From the NCBI GenBank assembly GCA_963666055.2, contig CAXWPH010000010.1:96001-160000 (forward strand): 64,000 nt of DNA, read 5' to 3'. The translations under genes were made by a program, and so were the position numbers. The stretch is from Acidobacteriota bacterium (GTDB lineage Bacteria > Acidobacteriota > UBA890 > WLXD01). Every line of letters starts with the position of its first letter. The first letter of the stretch is position 1. Below are positions 48,500 through 59,533 of the stretch, piece by piece. Under the pieces are notes generated by a model. That model was not told the DNA's origin. It did no database searches and saw only the letters and a program-made list of their open reading frames with translations.

Positions 48500-50527
48500 T
48501 CAGGCCTGCTCTAGTAAAGCGCGAGCATTGGCCTCGACATTTTCTACGGTGAAACCGAACTCCTTCAAGTTGGTCGGCGCCGGCGCGGACGCGCCGAATC
48601 GATCGATGCCGATAACGCGCCCGCGATCGCCGGCGTATCGACTCCAACCAAATGTCGTACCGGCTTCCACCACCAAGCGGCGCTTGACACGCGGCGGAAA
48701 CACCGCGTCACGGTATTCGGTGTCTTGTCGTTCGAACAACTCCCACGAGGGCATGCTCACCACACGAGCTGCGATGCCGTCCTCGCAAAGGCAGCCGTAA
48801 GCTTCGACCACTAGCTGCAATTCTGATCCGCTAGCAATGAGAATGATCTCAGGCTCACCGTCGACGTTGGCGCCCGCAAAGACATACGCACCGCGGCGAA
48901 CGTCGCTCGCATCTGCGTCGGTTTCCAGCACCGGAAGCTTCTGCCGGGTCAGCGCAAGTGCGACCGGCCCCTCTTCTTCAATCGCCACCACCCACGCCTC
49001 GCGCGTCTCATTAGCGTCACCTGGTCGGAGCACCACCAGCCCGGGAATCGCTCGCAGCGATGCCAGCTGCTCGATCGGCTGATGTGTCGGACCGTCCTCG
49101 CCGACACCGATACTGTCGTGCGTGTACACATAGATCGCCGGCAGCCGCATCAGAGCGGCCAGACGGATCGCCGGCCGCATGTAGTCGGAGAAAATGAGGA
49201 ACGTTCCGCCGTACGGGCGCAGTCCGCGGTGCAACGCCATGCCGTTCATCATTGCGCCCATGGCGTGTTCGCGGACGCCGAACCTCAGATTCCGACCCTC
49301 GAACGCTCTCGGGCCGAGGTCATCGTGACCATCGAGCAACGTCTTGTTGGAGCCCGCCAGATCGGCGGAACCGCCAATCATCTCTGGCACTGCTGCGGCC
49401 AGCGCATTGAGCACTTTCCCCGAGGCGGCGCGTGTCGCCATGGGTCCGTCGTTCGGCTCGAAGCGTGGTAGGCCACGACCCCAATCAAGAGGCAGGTCCC
49501 GCCGGGTACGGCGATCGAGCTCCGCGGCGAGTTGCGGATGAGTATCCGCATAGCGCTCCATGTCCGCCTGCCACGCCACCTCCAGGCTTCTTCCTTCAGC
49601 CACCGCCCTACGGAAGTGGGTAGCAACGTCGTCCGGAACGTAAAACGGCGGCTCGGCAGGCCACCCGAGCTGGCTCTTGGTAAGCGCCAGCTCGTCCTCA
49701 CCCAGAGGCTCACCGTGCGCCTTGGAGGTGTTCTCGCGGTTCGGGCTGCCGTACCCGATACGAGTTGCGATGGCGATCAGCGACGGCTTGTCGGCGACCG
49801 CCTTGGCAGCGTGGATAGCGGCGTCGATGGCATCGAGATCGTTACCGTCAGATACCGTCTGCGTATGCCAGCCGTAGGCCCGGTAGCGCGCCGGAATATC
49901 TTCGGAGAACGCCAGCGCCGTCACGCCTTCAATGGTGATCTTGTTGTCGTCGTATAGCACGACGAGCTTTCCGAGACCGAGGTGCCCGGCGAACGATGCG
50001 GCTTCGGCCTGTACTCCCTCCATCATGTCGCCGTCGCTGGCAATCGCGAAGGTGTGGTGATCGACTGGGTGGTGGTCGCCGCGATTGAACTCTGCCGCCA
50101 AGCGGGCTTCAGCCAGCGCCATTCCGACGGCGTTGCCGAAGCCTTGCCCCAGCGGGCCGGTCGTCGTTTCAACGCCGGGTGTCGCCCCGTACTCAGGGTG
50201 CCCGGGCGTGGCGCTGCCCCATTGTCGGAATCGCTTGAGCTCCTCCATCGGCAGGTCGTAGCCGGTGAGGTGTAGCAACGAGTAAAGGAGCATCGAAGCG
50301 TGCCCAGCCGAAAGCACGAAGCGATCGCGGTTCGGCCAATCCGGGTTCCGCGGGTTGTGCTTGAGGTGCCTGGTCCACAGCACGTAGGCCATGGCGGCGG
50401 CTCCCATCGGCATTCCGGGATGCCCCGAGTTGGCTCGCTGAACTGCGTCAGCGGCGAGCATCCGGATAGTGTTTATGGCAAGCGTATCGACCGCGGCGAT
50501 GGTCGGTGCTGGCTCAGTCGTCGGCAT
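48500..50527 (-). CDS. tkt: Transketolase
   Basis: [60 protein letters not shown]. Confidence 0.98.
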   Translation of the reverse strand: MPTTEPAPTIAAVDTLAINTIRMLAADAVQRANSGHPGMPMGAAAMAYVLWTRHLKHNPRNPDWPNRDRFVLSAGHASMLLYSLLHLTGYDLPMEELKRFRQWGSATPGHPEYGATPGVETTTGPLGQGFGNAVGMALAEARLAAEFNRGDHHPVDHHTFAIASDGDMMEGVQAEAASFAGHLGLGKLVVLYDDNKITIEGVTALAFSEDIPARYRAYGWHTQTVSDGNDLDAIDAAIHAAKAVADKPSLIAIATRIGYGSPNRENTSKAHGEPLGEDELALTKSQLGWPAEPPFYVPDDVATHFRRAVAEGRSLEVAWQADMERYADTHPQLAAELDRRTRRDLPLDWGRGLPRFEPNDGPMATRAASGKVLNALAAAVPEMIGGSADLAGSNKTLLDGHDDLGPRAFEGRNLRFGVREHAMGAMMNGMALHRGLRPYGGTFLIFSDYMRPAIRLAALMRLPAIYVYTHDSIGVGEDGPTHQPIEQLASLRAIPGLVVLRPGDANETREAWVVAIEEEGPVALALTRQKLPVLETDADASDVRRGAYVFAGANVDGEPEIILIASGSELQLVVEAYGCLCEDGIAARVVSMPSWELFERQDTEYRDAVFPPRVKRRLVVEAGTTFGWSRYAGDRGRVIGIDRFGASAPAPTNLKEFGFTVENVEANARALLEQA

Positions 50528-50761
50528 CCCTTTCCCCTGACTACCTAGACTCAGAGCTTCTTCGGCAAGCCCGCGGCCGCAACGTTGACTTTCCGTCGCG
50601 CGCCGTTGTCCGGGCACAAGCGGCCACAGTGTAGCAGCAGCGAGCCGGTGGATTAGTTTGGCGGCCTGACCCCTTACGGCCCGGAAAGAATCGCCTTCGT
50701 AGCGCTTGCCCGGCTTGCTACGATCTAGCGGTTGGGCGAAAACTCTCTGGGCTTGGTGCCA

Positions 50762-52171
50762 ATGTTGCGTCGTCTGTTAGCGCTGGCAATCCTGGCGATG
50801 TGCACGAGCGCATGCGCCGCGCCGCCGGTGCCGTTTTCATTACGCTTCACCGTCTTCCCTACCACTCAAGGCGCCGACATCGTCGTCGAGGTCCACGGTG
50901 GGCGGGACGACCTTGCATGGGTCGGGTTCGCCGCCGGCCCTGGCGCCCCGGCCGATCTGCCCCAGCGCGTTCAATCCGTGCAGGCGCGGACACCGGACGG
51001 GCGCCGACTGCCACAACGACGTCACGGAAGGGCCGGGTACCAGATAGAGCTCGAGGGCTCTAGCTGGCAACTCAGCTACAGCCTCGATCTACGGCCGCGC
51101 CCCGGTGACGACATCTTCTATCGCTCGAGCGTGAGGGAAGACGACTATCTCGTGCTCGTCGGCTCTGACGCCTGGGCGCGTTTCTACACGCAGCCCGACG
51201 CGCTCGCCATGAGTCCGACCGAGAGGCCAGGCGGTGTTGTTCTGGAGGCACGGGCAGCCTTCAACCTCCCAGAGAAGCCTACTGCCTGGAAGGTCGCGAC
51301 AACCGCCAGGGCGCGCAGCGCACGAACCTTCGAGCTATCCGAGCATCCGACCGCGAGCGTCTTCGCACTCGGCCCGTTCGAGATCCGGGACATCGACGAG
51401 GTGCCTGGGCTCCAGCTGGCCGTCCACCCACGCTGGAGCGTGCTCAACGAATCGATCGACGTCCTCATCGGCAAGCTGCTGCTGTCGCACCGGGAACGGC
51501 TGGGATCGCCCGGGAGCACCACGGCCCTGGCGCTGATGAACCCGCTGCCGCAACAACTTGGGCCCACCGGCGGACTACGGACCGCCGGCATGGTGCGCGG
51601 TCGGTCGCTGATCCTGTACGCCGGTGCCAGCCCGTGGGTCGAACCTGACGACCCGCAACTGCGCGAGGCGATGGCCGTCTTCTTAGGGCACGAGCTCTTT
51701 CACCTGTGGGTTCCTTCGGGTGTCCAGGTAACGCGCGAGCTGTCATGGTTGTCGGAAGGCTGGGCAATGCATATGGGACGTCTGGCGGCGGTCGACGTGG
51801 GGTGGCTCAGCCAGCCGGCGAGCATTCAACGCCTTCAGGACGCATACCGCCGCTATCTAGATATCGGAGGCTATCGGGCAGGCAGCCTGCCAGAGGCCAG
51901 CATGGGCAGCGAGAGCCGGCGCGATCTGCTGTATCTGCGGGGCGAGCTGGTCTTCCGTCTGCTCGAGCGACAATGGGCACTGACCAACAGCGGCAACTTC
52001 GAAGCGGCGCTTTGGCTCGCCTTGGCAGATGCTTACGACGGCCGCACGCCGCTCGACGCCGAGAGCGTTCGGTCAGCACTCGCATCGTTGGTCGATCGCG
52101 GCACCGTTCGGCGCTACGTCGAGGGCAGGTCGCCACTGACACCCTCGGCGCTGGGCCTACGCCGACGATAA
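50762..52171 (+). CDS. Putative lipoprotein gluzincin-like (M61/M1-related) metallopeptidase
   Basis: Lipobox-like TSAC, HELFHLW, WLSEG, Y.RG motifs. Confidence 0.65.
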   Translation: MLRRLLALAILAMCTSACAAPPVPFSLRFTVFPTTQGADIVVEVHGGRDDLAWVGFAAGPGAPADLPQRVQSVQARTPDGRRLPQRRHGRAGYQIELEGSSWQLSYSLDLRPRPGDDIFYRSSVREDDYLVLVGSDAWARFYTQPDALAMSPTERPGGVVLEARAAFNLPEKPTAWKVATTARARSARTFELSEHPTASVFALGPFEIRDIDEVPGLQLAVHPRWSVLNESIDVLIGKLLLSHRERLGSPGSTTALALMNPLPQQLGPTGGLRTAGMVRGRSLILYAGASPWVEPDDPQLREAMAVFLGHELFHLWVPSGVQVTRELSWLSEGWAMHMGRLAAVDVGWLSQPASIQRLQDAYRRYLDIGGYRAGSLPEASMGSESRRDLLYLRGELVFRLLERQWALTNSGNFEAALWLALADAYDGRTPLDAESVRSALASLVDRGTVRRYVEGRSPLTPSALGLRRR

Positions 52172-52191
52172 TTCGCCGGCGGCCTCGAGCC

Positions 52192-52758
52192 ATGGCGCTA
52201 GCGATAGTCCTGCTGGCGGCCAACCTAACCAGTGCCTGCACGCCGATCCCGGCGCCAGATCGTAGCCAGAGCGACTCACCGCGCATGCCCCCCATACGGC
52301 GTGGTGATTTTCTTCCCGACTTCGCATTCGTCGACACCGATGGCGCCACAGTCCGCGCCGCGGATCTCCGTGATGCGGTCGCCGTGCTCACATTCGCAGC
52401 GCCCGGGGCACCCTTCGCCAACGAGCTCCTGGATCGCCTCGCAACCGTCGACCTACGACTGGAAAACAGCCCGCGGGCCACCCGATTCGTTGTTTTCGCC
52501 ATCGGCTCAGATGCGCTGAGCGCCGCGGCGCTCCGCGCTGGACGCCCGTCGGACTGGCTGGTGCTCACCGGGCCATCAGCCCAGATTATCGACTTCGCGA
52601 CCCGCTTCGGAGTCATGACCTGGACGGAGGACGATGGTCCCGCCCATACCCTGCGCGTTGCGGTCGCCGGGCCATCCGGTCGAATCACCGAATTGCTCGA
52701 GGGTCTCAGCCCCTGGTCTGTCGAGGATCTGCTGGCGGCGGTGGCCGCCGCCGACTGA
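52192..52758 (+). CDS. SCO/SenC-like thioredoxin-fold lipoprotein lacking CxxxC
   Basis: Lipobox LTSAC, LPDF.F.D.DG......DL, W..LTG....I..FA..FGV, HT....V.GP.G.I. Confidence 0.6.
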   Translation: MALAIVLLAANLTSACTPIPAPDRSQSDSPRMPPIRRGDFLPDFAFVDTDGATVRAADLRDAVAVLTFAAPGAPFANELLDRLATVDLRLENSPRATRFVVFAIGSDALSAAALRAGRPSDWLVLTGPSAQIIDFATRFGVMTWTEDDGPAHTLRVAVAGPSGRITELLEGLSPWSVEDLLAAVAAAD

Positions 52759-52833
52759 AGAGTGCTCCCGTCGCGCCTGGCATCGGCACCCATTTCGTCA
52801 CCACGATATGGAGCGATTATCTGTTACAGGCCA

Positions 52834-52984
52834 CTAGCAGGCCGTGGTGAAAGTGTGGTGGGTCTGGCAAGTAGGTATTGCGGGGGAGGGCGAGAAGCGC
52901 CGACGAGGCGATGCAGGAACATCGTTGAGGAGGTGCGACGCGGCCGTCGCCCGTAAGACCTACTTGCCCGGAGGGTTACGCCGC
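52834..52984 (+). mobile_element. Divergent single-arm copy of the TIR element
   Basis: CTAG plus an identical 30-bp TIR (52838-52867), then a module homologous to the reverse complement of the right arm of the full copies. Confidence 0.85.
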
Positions 52985-52993
52985 ATTACTCAT

Positions 52994-54826
52994 CTACACC
53001 GAGACAATGTCGGCGGCTTCAGCCGGGCCTGTATCGATCGTGCTGTCGTACTGCAACCGGTACAAGCAAGCGTAGATGCCGTCCATAGACAGCAGCTCCT
53101 CGTGTGTGCCCTGCTCGCGCACCTCGCCATGGTGCAGCACCACGATGCGGTCTACCTCACGTATGGTCGACAGTCGGTGCGCCACGATCAGCGCCGTGCG
53201 ATCGGCCACCAGGTTGTGCAGCGCCCGCTGGATGCGCGACTCGGTCTCTGAATCAACACTGGAGGTGGCTTCGTCGAGCACCAGCACCGCCGGATCCGAC
53301 GCCAGCGCTCGAGCGAACGCCAGGAGCTGTCGCTCGCCGAACGACAGGTTTGCGCCGCGCTCGCCCAGGGGTGTCTCGAGACGCTCAGGGAGCTCGTTGA
53401 TAAAGTCGGTCGCTTCGACGAGGCTGGCGGCTCGCTCAATCGCGTCGTCTTCGACGTGCTCCGATCCCAGGCCTATGTTGGCGCCGATCGTGTCTGTAAA
53501 CAGGAACACGTCCTGCGGAACGGTACCGAAGAATCGGCGTAGAGATCCGAGCTCGAACTCGCGAGCATCCACCCCGTCGATGGTGACCCGCCCTTGCTGC
53601 GGCTCATACAGGCGTTGCAACACTTTGACCACCGACGACTTGCCGGCGCCGGTCGCGCCGACAAGCGCTACCTTTTCGCCACGGCGCAAACTCAGGTCTA
53701 TTCCCTTGAGCACCGGTTGCCCCTCGCCCGCCGTGTCTTCGTAGGCGAAGGTCAGGTTCTCGAGACGGATCTCGTCTTCAAACGAATCGAGCGTTGGCGC
53801 ATCGACGACGCTGGCAATCGTCACGGGCTCGTCGAGAAGGGCGAAGATCTTGCCGGTCGATGCGGCCGCACGCTGCAATGTGTCGTACTTGTCGGAGAGA
53901 TCCTCGAGCGGCATATAGAAGCGGCGCAGGTACTCGAGGAACTGCACCAGCAACCCCACCGTTACCGTGCCGCCGATGATCCCGAACCCTCCGTAAACAA
54001 GCACCAGCGCGGTGGCAACGGTTGTTGCGGCCTGAACCGATGCCGACAGAAACGACGAGTAGCGGACCCCGCTCAGATCGATACGCAGAAGATCATCGCG
54101 CAACGCCCGGAACTCGTCGCGCTTGCGCTCCTGCTGACCGAACACCTGAATCACTCCCATCCCGGTCAATGATTCCTGCAGGAAGGCATTGAGGCGCGCG
54201 ACGAGGGTTCGCGAACGATCGTAGGCGTCTCTCAGTCGGACCCGCACTGCTGCAAGGATGGCCACCAGAAACGGCAAGACGACAAACGACGCCAGCGTCA
54301 GGCGCCAATCGATCCACGCCATCGCCGCAACGATGCCGACCAGCGTCACCAGGTCGCGCGCCATCGCCACGATTCCCTGTGACATGAGCTCGTTGAGCGT
54401 TTCGACGTCGCTGGTGACTCGCGTCATCACCTGACCAATCGGATTGCGATCGAAGAACGACATCGAGAGTCGCTGCAGGTGGCGGAACGTCGCCATCCGC
54501 AGGTCGTGCATCATGCGCTGGCCGGCCAACTGCATCAGATACAGCTGGATGAAACGCATCGCCATCTCGCCTACTTGGATGGCCAGGAACACCAGGATGA
54601 GCGTCCAGAGGCCGCCGAGGGCAGACGCGTCTCCCGTCGCTGCCGGCGTCACGTGGCGATCGATTGCCAGTCGCAGCAGGTAGGGAGCTGCAAGCTGCGC
54701 CGCGGCGAGCAAGGGAAGCGTCAGGCTGGCAAGCACAAGCAGACCGGCGTGCTGCTGAACGTATGGTCGCAGCCGCTTCAGAATGCGCAGATCGCGACTT
54801 CGACGAGCTTCTTGCCCGGCGTCCAA
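52994..54826 (-). CDS. ABC exporter subunit (TMD+NBD, MdlB-like)
   Basis: GATGAGKS, LSFGERQ, LVLDEATS, IVAHRLST. Confidence 0.95.
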   Translation of the reverse strand: MDAGQEARRSRDLRILKRLRPYVQQHAGLLVLASLTLPLLAAAQLAAPYLLRLAIDRHVTPAATGDASALGGLWTLILVFLAIQVGEMAMRFIQLYLMQLAGQRMMHDLRMATFRHLQRLSMSFFDRNPIGQVMTRVTSDVETLNELMSQGIVAMARDLVTLVGIVAAMAWIDWRLTLASFVVLPFLVAILAAVRVRLRDAYDRSRTLVARLNAFLQESLTGMGVIQVFGQQERKRDEFRALRDDLLRIDLSGVRYSSFLSASVQAATTVATALVLVYGGFGIIGGTVTVGLLVQFLEYLRRFYMPLEDLSDKYDTLQRAAASTGKIFALLDEPVTIASVVDAPTLDSFEDEIRLENLTFAYEDTAGEGQPVLKGIDLSLRRGEKVALVGATGAGKSSVVKVLQRLYEPQQGRVTIDGVDAREFELGSLRRFFGTVPQDVFLFTDTIGANIGLGSEHVEDDAIERAASLVEATDFINELPERLETPLGERGANLSFGERQLLAFARALASDPAVLVLDEATSSVDSETESRIQRALHNLVADRTALIVAHRLSTIREVDRIVVLHHGEVREQGTHEELLSMDGIYACLYRLQYDSTIDTGPAEAADIVSV

Positions 54827-54828
54827 CT

Positions 54829-56622
54829 TCAGTACCTCTCCAAGCGGGCCGAGATCTGTTGCTGCTCGTGCATCGCAGCGTAGAGGCCCGGGCGAGCGAT
54901 CAGCTCGCCGTGCCGGCCAGCGTCGACCACGCGGCCAGCATCCATCACGTAGATGCGATCGGCATCTTGGACCGCCGTGATGCGATTGGAGACAGCGATA
55001 ATAGACCGGCGCTGCCGCTCTTCCGTGAGCCCGGCCAGAATGACCCGCTCCGTCTGCGTGTCGACGTTAGACAGGGCGTTGTCGAGCACCAAGACCGGGG
55101 CATCTGTCACCAGCGCCCTGGCGAGCGCCACTCGTTGCCGCTGGCCGCCCGAGAGGTTGAGCCCACGCTCGCCGACCTCCGTATCCAACCCCTGCGACAA
55201 ACCGCTCGTTTCAGGGTCGAGGCCGGCGCGTACGGCAGCGGCGGCCAAGCTCTCGGCGCTGGCCGACGGATCTCCGAACGCGATGTTGGAGCTAACCGAC
55301 GTCGAGAACAGGAAATCGTCCTGTGGCACGTATGCCATGTGGCCGCGTAACTGGCTCAAGTCCAGGCGATTGACGTCGGCGTTGCCAACGTAGACGGTCT
55401 CTTCGGGCACCTCGACCAAGCGCATTAGAGCTTTCAGTAGAGTGCTCTTGCCCGAACCTACTCGACCCACCAGCGCTACGAACTCGCCGGGGGCGACGTC
55501 AAAATCAACGTCCAGAAGGGCTGCTCGGCGCGCTTGCTGGCTAGCCGCGAGCGCCTCGCCGCCCAGGCCACCGTACGCCGCCATGGCGTCGGCGTAGCGA
55601 AACGTCAGGCCGCGCACACTGATTCCGCCGGTCGCTACGAGAGGTTCCGGTTCGGCCGGCGAGGCGATCGTCTCCGGCGCCTGCAGAATCTGATCAAGAC
55701 GTTCGAGCGCCGCCGAGCCACGCTGTAGCAAGCTGAGGATCCATCCGAAGGCCACGGTGGGGAACGCCAGCATGGCGACATAACTAATGAACGCGACGAG
55801 GTCACCGAGGCTGAGACGACCCGCTGCCACTAGTGGTGCGCCGAGGCCCAGCACGCCAACGTACGAAAGTCCGCCGGTGAGGCCCACCAGTGGGATCATC
55901 TGCGCCCTGGTCCACGACTCCTTGAGCGCCCACCCGACGTAGTCTTGCGAGCGCTCCTCGAAGCGGCGCGTCTGCACGTACTGCAGATCGAACGAGCGCA
56001 CCACCTGCGCTCCGGCCAGGTTCTCCTGCACGGTCGTGTTCAAGGCGCCGAGCGACTCCCGTGACGCCACTGCATAGGCGCGCATCCGGTGCGCCATACC
56101 GCGGACGATCCACGCCATCAGCGGTAGCGGTGCCACGACGACGAGCGTGAGCTGCCAGCTCAGGGTCACCATGAACCCGATGCCCAAGATCCACAGCAGA
56201 ACGGCGTTGGCGAAGTACAGCACTCCAGGGCCGCCCATCGCCCGTACGAGCATCACGTCGTTTGTAAGCCGCGACATCAGATCGCCGGTGCTCAGCACAT
56301 TGTAGAAGCTGGGGGCAAGGCGCACCAGGCGCGCGTGAACGAGCTCCTTGAGGTCGTACTCGACCCGCCGCGAGATGCCCAGAACCCAAATACGCGACGC
56401 TATACGCGACACCGCCTGTACCGCAGCGAGCCCAACTATCGCGCCCCCGTACAGCATCACCTGACGCCGCGCCGCGCCGCCGTCGAGAGCGTCGACGGCG
56501 GCGCCGAACACTCTCGGTATCGCCATATACGCCGCGTTGGTGACGAGTAACACCATCATCCCGAAGGCGTAGCTGAGGCGGTAGCGCGTGAACAGGTGCG
56601 CATACGACCGCAGCATACTCAT
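54829..56622 (-). CDS. ABC exporter subunit (TMD+NBD, MdlA-like, degenerate Walker B/H-loop)
   Basis: GRVGSGKS, LSGGQRQ, LVLDNALS, VSNR; typical heterodimer partner. Confidence 0.95.
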   Translation of the reverse strand: MSMLRSYAHLFTRYRLSYAFGMMVLLVTNAAYMAIPRVFGAAVDALDGGAARRQVMLYGGAIVGLAAVQAVSRIASRIWVLGISRRVEYDLKELVHARLVRLAPSFYNVLSTGDLMSRLTNDVMLVRAMGGPGVLYFANAVLLWILGIGFMVTLSWQLTLVVVAPLPLMAWIVRGMAHRMRAYAVASRESLGALNTTVQENLAGAQVVRSFDLQYVQTRRFEERSQDYVGWALKESWTRAQMIPLVGLTGGLSYVGVLGLGAPLVAAGRLSLGDLVAFISYVAMLAFPTVAFGWILSLLQRGSAALERLDQILQAPETIASPAEPEPLVATGGISVRGLTFRYADAMAAYGGLGGEALAASQQARRAALLDVDFDVAPGEFVALVGRVGSGKSTLLKALMRLVEVPEETVYVGNADVNRLDLSQLRGHMAYVPQDDFLFSTSVSSNIAFGDPSASAESLAAAAVRAGLDPETSGLSQGLDTEVGERGLNLSGGQRQRVALARALVTDAPVLVLDNALSNVDTQTERVILAGLTEERQRRSIIAVSNRITAVQDADRIYVMDAGRVVDAGRHGELIARPGLYAAMHEQQQISARLERY

Positions 56623-56655
56623 TCGGTTCTCCGCGAACAGTGCCGACGCAGCGTG

Positions 56656-57261
56656 CTATTGCGCCAACGGAGGTTGCAGAAGGAACGCGCGGAGCGCGAA
56701 CAGATAGCCACGCCAGACCTGGAGCTGTGCCTCGAGCTCAGGCGTATCCCGGAAGCCGGAGTGCTCGAGCGTCATGGTCGTGCGACCTTCCTCGACCTCC
56801 TCGAACGTAAGCGTGACGAGCGACTCGTAGGCGCCCGCGGGAAATACTTCCGCTGGAGGCAGCCAAGTGAACACTAGACGGTCCGGTCGATCGACCTCCA
56901 GATATCGCCCCTGCCACACGCCGTCGTAGCCCTCCCAGCCGAAGCGGAACTCCTCATCCTCACTGACCGTCATCTCGGCCCAGTGTGGCAGCCACTCCAC
57001 TAGCTGGTTCGCATCGGTCCACGCATCAAAGGCAATCTCGGGACTCACTGGAAGCGCCAGTACCAGCCGCACCACGCGGTCGGTCTGCAGGATCTCTACG
57101 GAACCTTGCCCCTGCGGTCGCAGGATCTGGGTTGCCCTGGCCCCGTGTGCCGGCGTTGCCGCCACGACGACCAAACCCACCAGCGCGGCACCCCTGGCGA
57201 TGCCCAACAAACCAGGCCAGGCGGCTCGCCGCCGCGCTCGACGCGCTGTCTCAAACCTCAT
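56656..57261 (-). CDS. SRPBCC/AHA1-like domain protein with signal peptide
   Basis: PE.AFDAWTD...L..W, G.YLEVDRP.RLVFTW, TT.TLEHSGF. Confidence 0.8.
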   Translation of the reverse strand: MRFETARRARRRAAWPGLLGIARGAALVGLVVVAATPAHGARATQILRPQGQGSVEILQTDRVVRLVLALPVSPEIAFDAWTDANQLVEWLPHWAEMTVSEDEEFRFGWEGYDGVWQGRYLEVDRPDRLVFTWLPPAEVFPAGAYESLVTLTFEEVEEGRTTMTLEHSGFRDTPELEAQLQVWRGYLFALRAFLLQPPLAQ

Positions 57262-57392
57262 TGTGGTCCCCACCCCGTTGCGACCATCTCCGTCCAGCCC
57301 ACGCTCACCTACCGAGGTTACTGAAAAAACGCCGCAACCGCCACGCGCGCCAGGCCCGAGCCCAGCACTCAACGGCCATCGGTGGAGAGATC

Positions 57393-58574
57393 TCAGACGA
57401 CGCCACCGGCTCGCAACAACGCTATCTGCGCGGAATCGAAACCGAGCTCTCCGAGAATTTCGTCGGTATGCTCTCCGAGCGATGGCGGTGACCGGTGTGG
57501 GTCACCGCGTGTGCCGTCAATGCGTATCGGGTTGCCCACCATGCGGAGACCTGAGGACCCGCTTTCTTTCACTAGCCCGCTGTCGAGCTCGATTTCCTCA
57601 TCGAGTGCCTGGCCTACCGACCGCACGATCCCGCAGGGCACACGTACGGCCCGCAAACGATCTATCCACTGTTCGCTGGAGCGTTCGACGAGGCGCTCTT
57701 CGATCAGCCCTTCGAGCTCGTCACGGCGTTCGACGCGACCAGCGTTGGTGCGGAAGCGCGGGTCATGGACAAGGTCCTCAAGCTCCAGCGCCGCGCAGAA
57801 CCTCCGCCACAGGGAGTCGCTCGCGACGCCGATCACGACGGTGCCGTCCGCCGTCGGGAACGGACGATACGGCACCAGGCTCGGGTGCGCGTTGCCCAAT
57901 CGGCGCGGTTGTATGCCGGCGGTCAGGTACTGCTGCGCCTGGTAGGTAAAGGTGGAGATCAATGCATCGGTCAGCGCAATCTCGACGTGCGCACCGCAAC
58001 CGGTGCTCTGGCGTTTCAAAAGAGCCGCCAGCACGCCCTGCACCAGGTAAAGGCCGGCAACCTCGTCGGCTATCGATACACCGGCTTTGGTGGCCACGCC
58101 ATCGGTAGGCCCGGTCAGGTCCATGAGCCCGGACTCGGCCTGGATAACAAGATCGAAGGCCGGGAGCGACGCGCGCGTACCGGTTTCGCCGTAACCATTG
58201 ATAACGCAGTAGACCAGGCGCGGGGCGCGCCGTCGAACATCGTCGTAGCCAAAACCCAGCTCGCTCATCAGGCCCGGGCGGAAGTTTGAGACCACCACGT
58301 CAGCACGTTCGAGCAAGCGCCACAGCACGTCGCTTCCGGCGGTGCTCTTGAGATCAAGGGTCACGCTGCGCTTGTTGCGATTCACAGACAAGAAGTACGT
58401 GGCCGTCCCATGAAAAAACGGCGGGCCCCAGTGACGAGTGTCGTCTCCCTGTCCGGGACGCTCGACCTTGATCACGTTCGCCCCCAGATCGCCGAGGATC
58501 ATGGTGGCAAAGGGTCCGGCGAGAATGCGTGTCAGGTCGACGACCAAGATGTCCTGCAGCGGCGAGCTCGTCAT
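57393..58574 (-). CDS. CaiB/BaiF family III CoA-transferase
   Basis: DLTRILAGP, LGDLGA.VIKVE.P..GDDTR.W, NRNKRS, NFRPG, FDL.IQAESG. Confidence 0.95.
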   Translation of the reverse strand: MTSSPLQDILVVDLTRILAGPFATMILGDLGANVIKVERPGQGDDTRHWGPPFFHGTATYFLSVNRNKRSVTLDLKSTAGSDVLWRLLERADVVVSNFRPGLMSELGFGYDDVRRRAPRLVYCVINGYGETGTRASLPAFDLVIQAESGLMDLTGPTDGVATKAGVSIADEVAGLYLVQGVLAALLKRQSTGCGAHVEIALTDALISTFTYQAQQYLTAGIQPRRLGNAHPSLVPYRPFPTADGTVVIGVASDSLWRRFCAALELEDLVHDPRFRTNAGRVERRDELEGLIEERLVERSSEQWIDRLRAVRVPCGIVRSVGQALDEEIELDSGLVKESGSSGLRMVGNPIRIDGTRGDPHRSPPSLGEHTDEILGELGFDSAQIALLRAGGVV

Positions 58575-58686
58575 GGTGCTCGTTCCCGGGCGTGTCGGCC
58601 GTGGGGCGTTTTTTCCGCGGCCACTCTATAGACAGGCCCAATAGGCGTCGCTATTATGGCCGCGCAGCCAACCGCTGGGAGGCACA

Positions 58687-59037
58687 TTGGCAACGCAGCA
58701 GTCCTTTTCTGCTCGTCTTTCTTTCCCCCCTCAAGAGTTCCTCGAGGGTGCCGACCGCGACAACGAAGCCTGCCGTAGCCTCTGGGTCGCTGTAATCCAC
58801 AAGGCCATGAAGGACCTGGCGTATGCCTGCGCCAAGGGAACTCAGCCTGCCTTGACCCCGAGTGAGCGAGAGAAGCTACAGCGCATCCACGAGCTCGACA
58901 CGCCGGAATCGTTCTTCCATAGCAACTGGTTTGAGGAGATCTGTCGCAACCTCGAGCTGTCGGCCTCGCGGATTCGCAGCGAGATCCTCGCACGGTACGC
59001 TCAGGAAACGCGGGGACGAGCGGCGATCAACCGATAG
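58687..59037 (+). CDS. Small helical hypothetical protein (paralog-like of 61002-61373)
   Basis: GGAGG RBS before TTG; LW.AVI..A..D...FF....FEEIC..L.L....IR. Confidence 0.65.
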   Translation: MATQQSFSARLSFPPQEFLEGADRDNEACRSLWVAVIHKAMKDLAYACAKGTQPALTPSEREKLQRIHELDTPESFFHSNWFEEICRNLELSASRIRSEILARYAQETRGRAAINR

Positions 59038-59046
59038 CGGAGACGC

Positions 59047-59520
59047 CTAGTCACGTCGATGGGCGTCGCGGCCCGGCCTGTATCCAGCGTCGTAGCGACG
59101 TACCCGGTAGGGAAGCTCGATCGGTTCCACCTCCACCGCCGTTCCGGTGGGAAAGAACGGTGCCAGCTTCAGATCTGGCAACAGCGAGCCATCCCCGTCC
59201 CCGGAAACCAAGCGAGCGTCTGCAACAGCGCACAGCCGTTTGACAGCGTCTCGCAACTCCTCAAGGCGCACCCCCTTCACCGTCGGGGAGGCAGCGCCGA
59301 GCAGCGCCTGCGCGCTGCTGATCTTGGCATGCGCGCCGCGCCAGTTGCGTCGTCGGGCATGCAATAATCCGGCCGCGAGGTGGATTAGCCCTTTGCTGAA
59401 CTCGTCGCGCTCACGAAGCCAGAGGCGCTCTAATTCCTCGTGGGCGAGCCAGTACTCCCCCTGATCGAACCGCGCCAGAAACCTACGAAGCTCCTCGGGC
59501 ACAGCGCACCCACTACTCAT
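59047..59520 (-). CDS. DUF309 domain protein
   Basis: F..GEYW.AHE.LE.LW...KGLI..AA...H....N..GA. Confidence 0.85.
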   Translation of the reverse strand: MSSGCAVPEELRRFLARFDQGEYWLAHEELERLWLRERDEFSKGLIHLAAGLLHARRRNWRGAHAKISSAQALLGAASPTVKGVRLEELRDAVKRLCAVADARLVSGDGDGSLLPDLKLAPFFPTGTAVEVEPIELPYRVRRYDAGYRPGRDAHRRD

Positions 59521-59533
59521 TCAGGACGACGGG

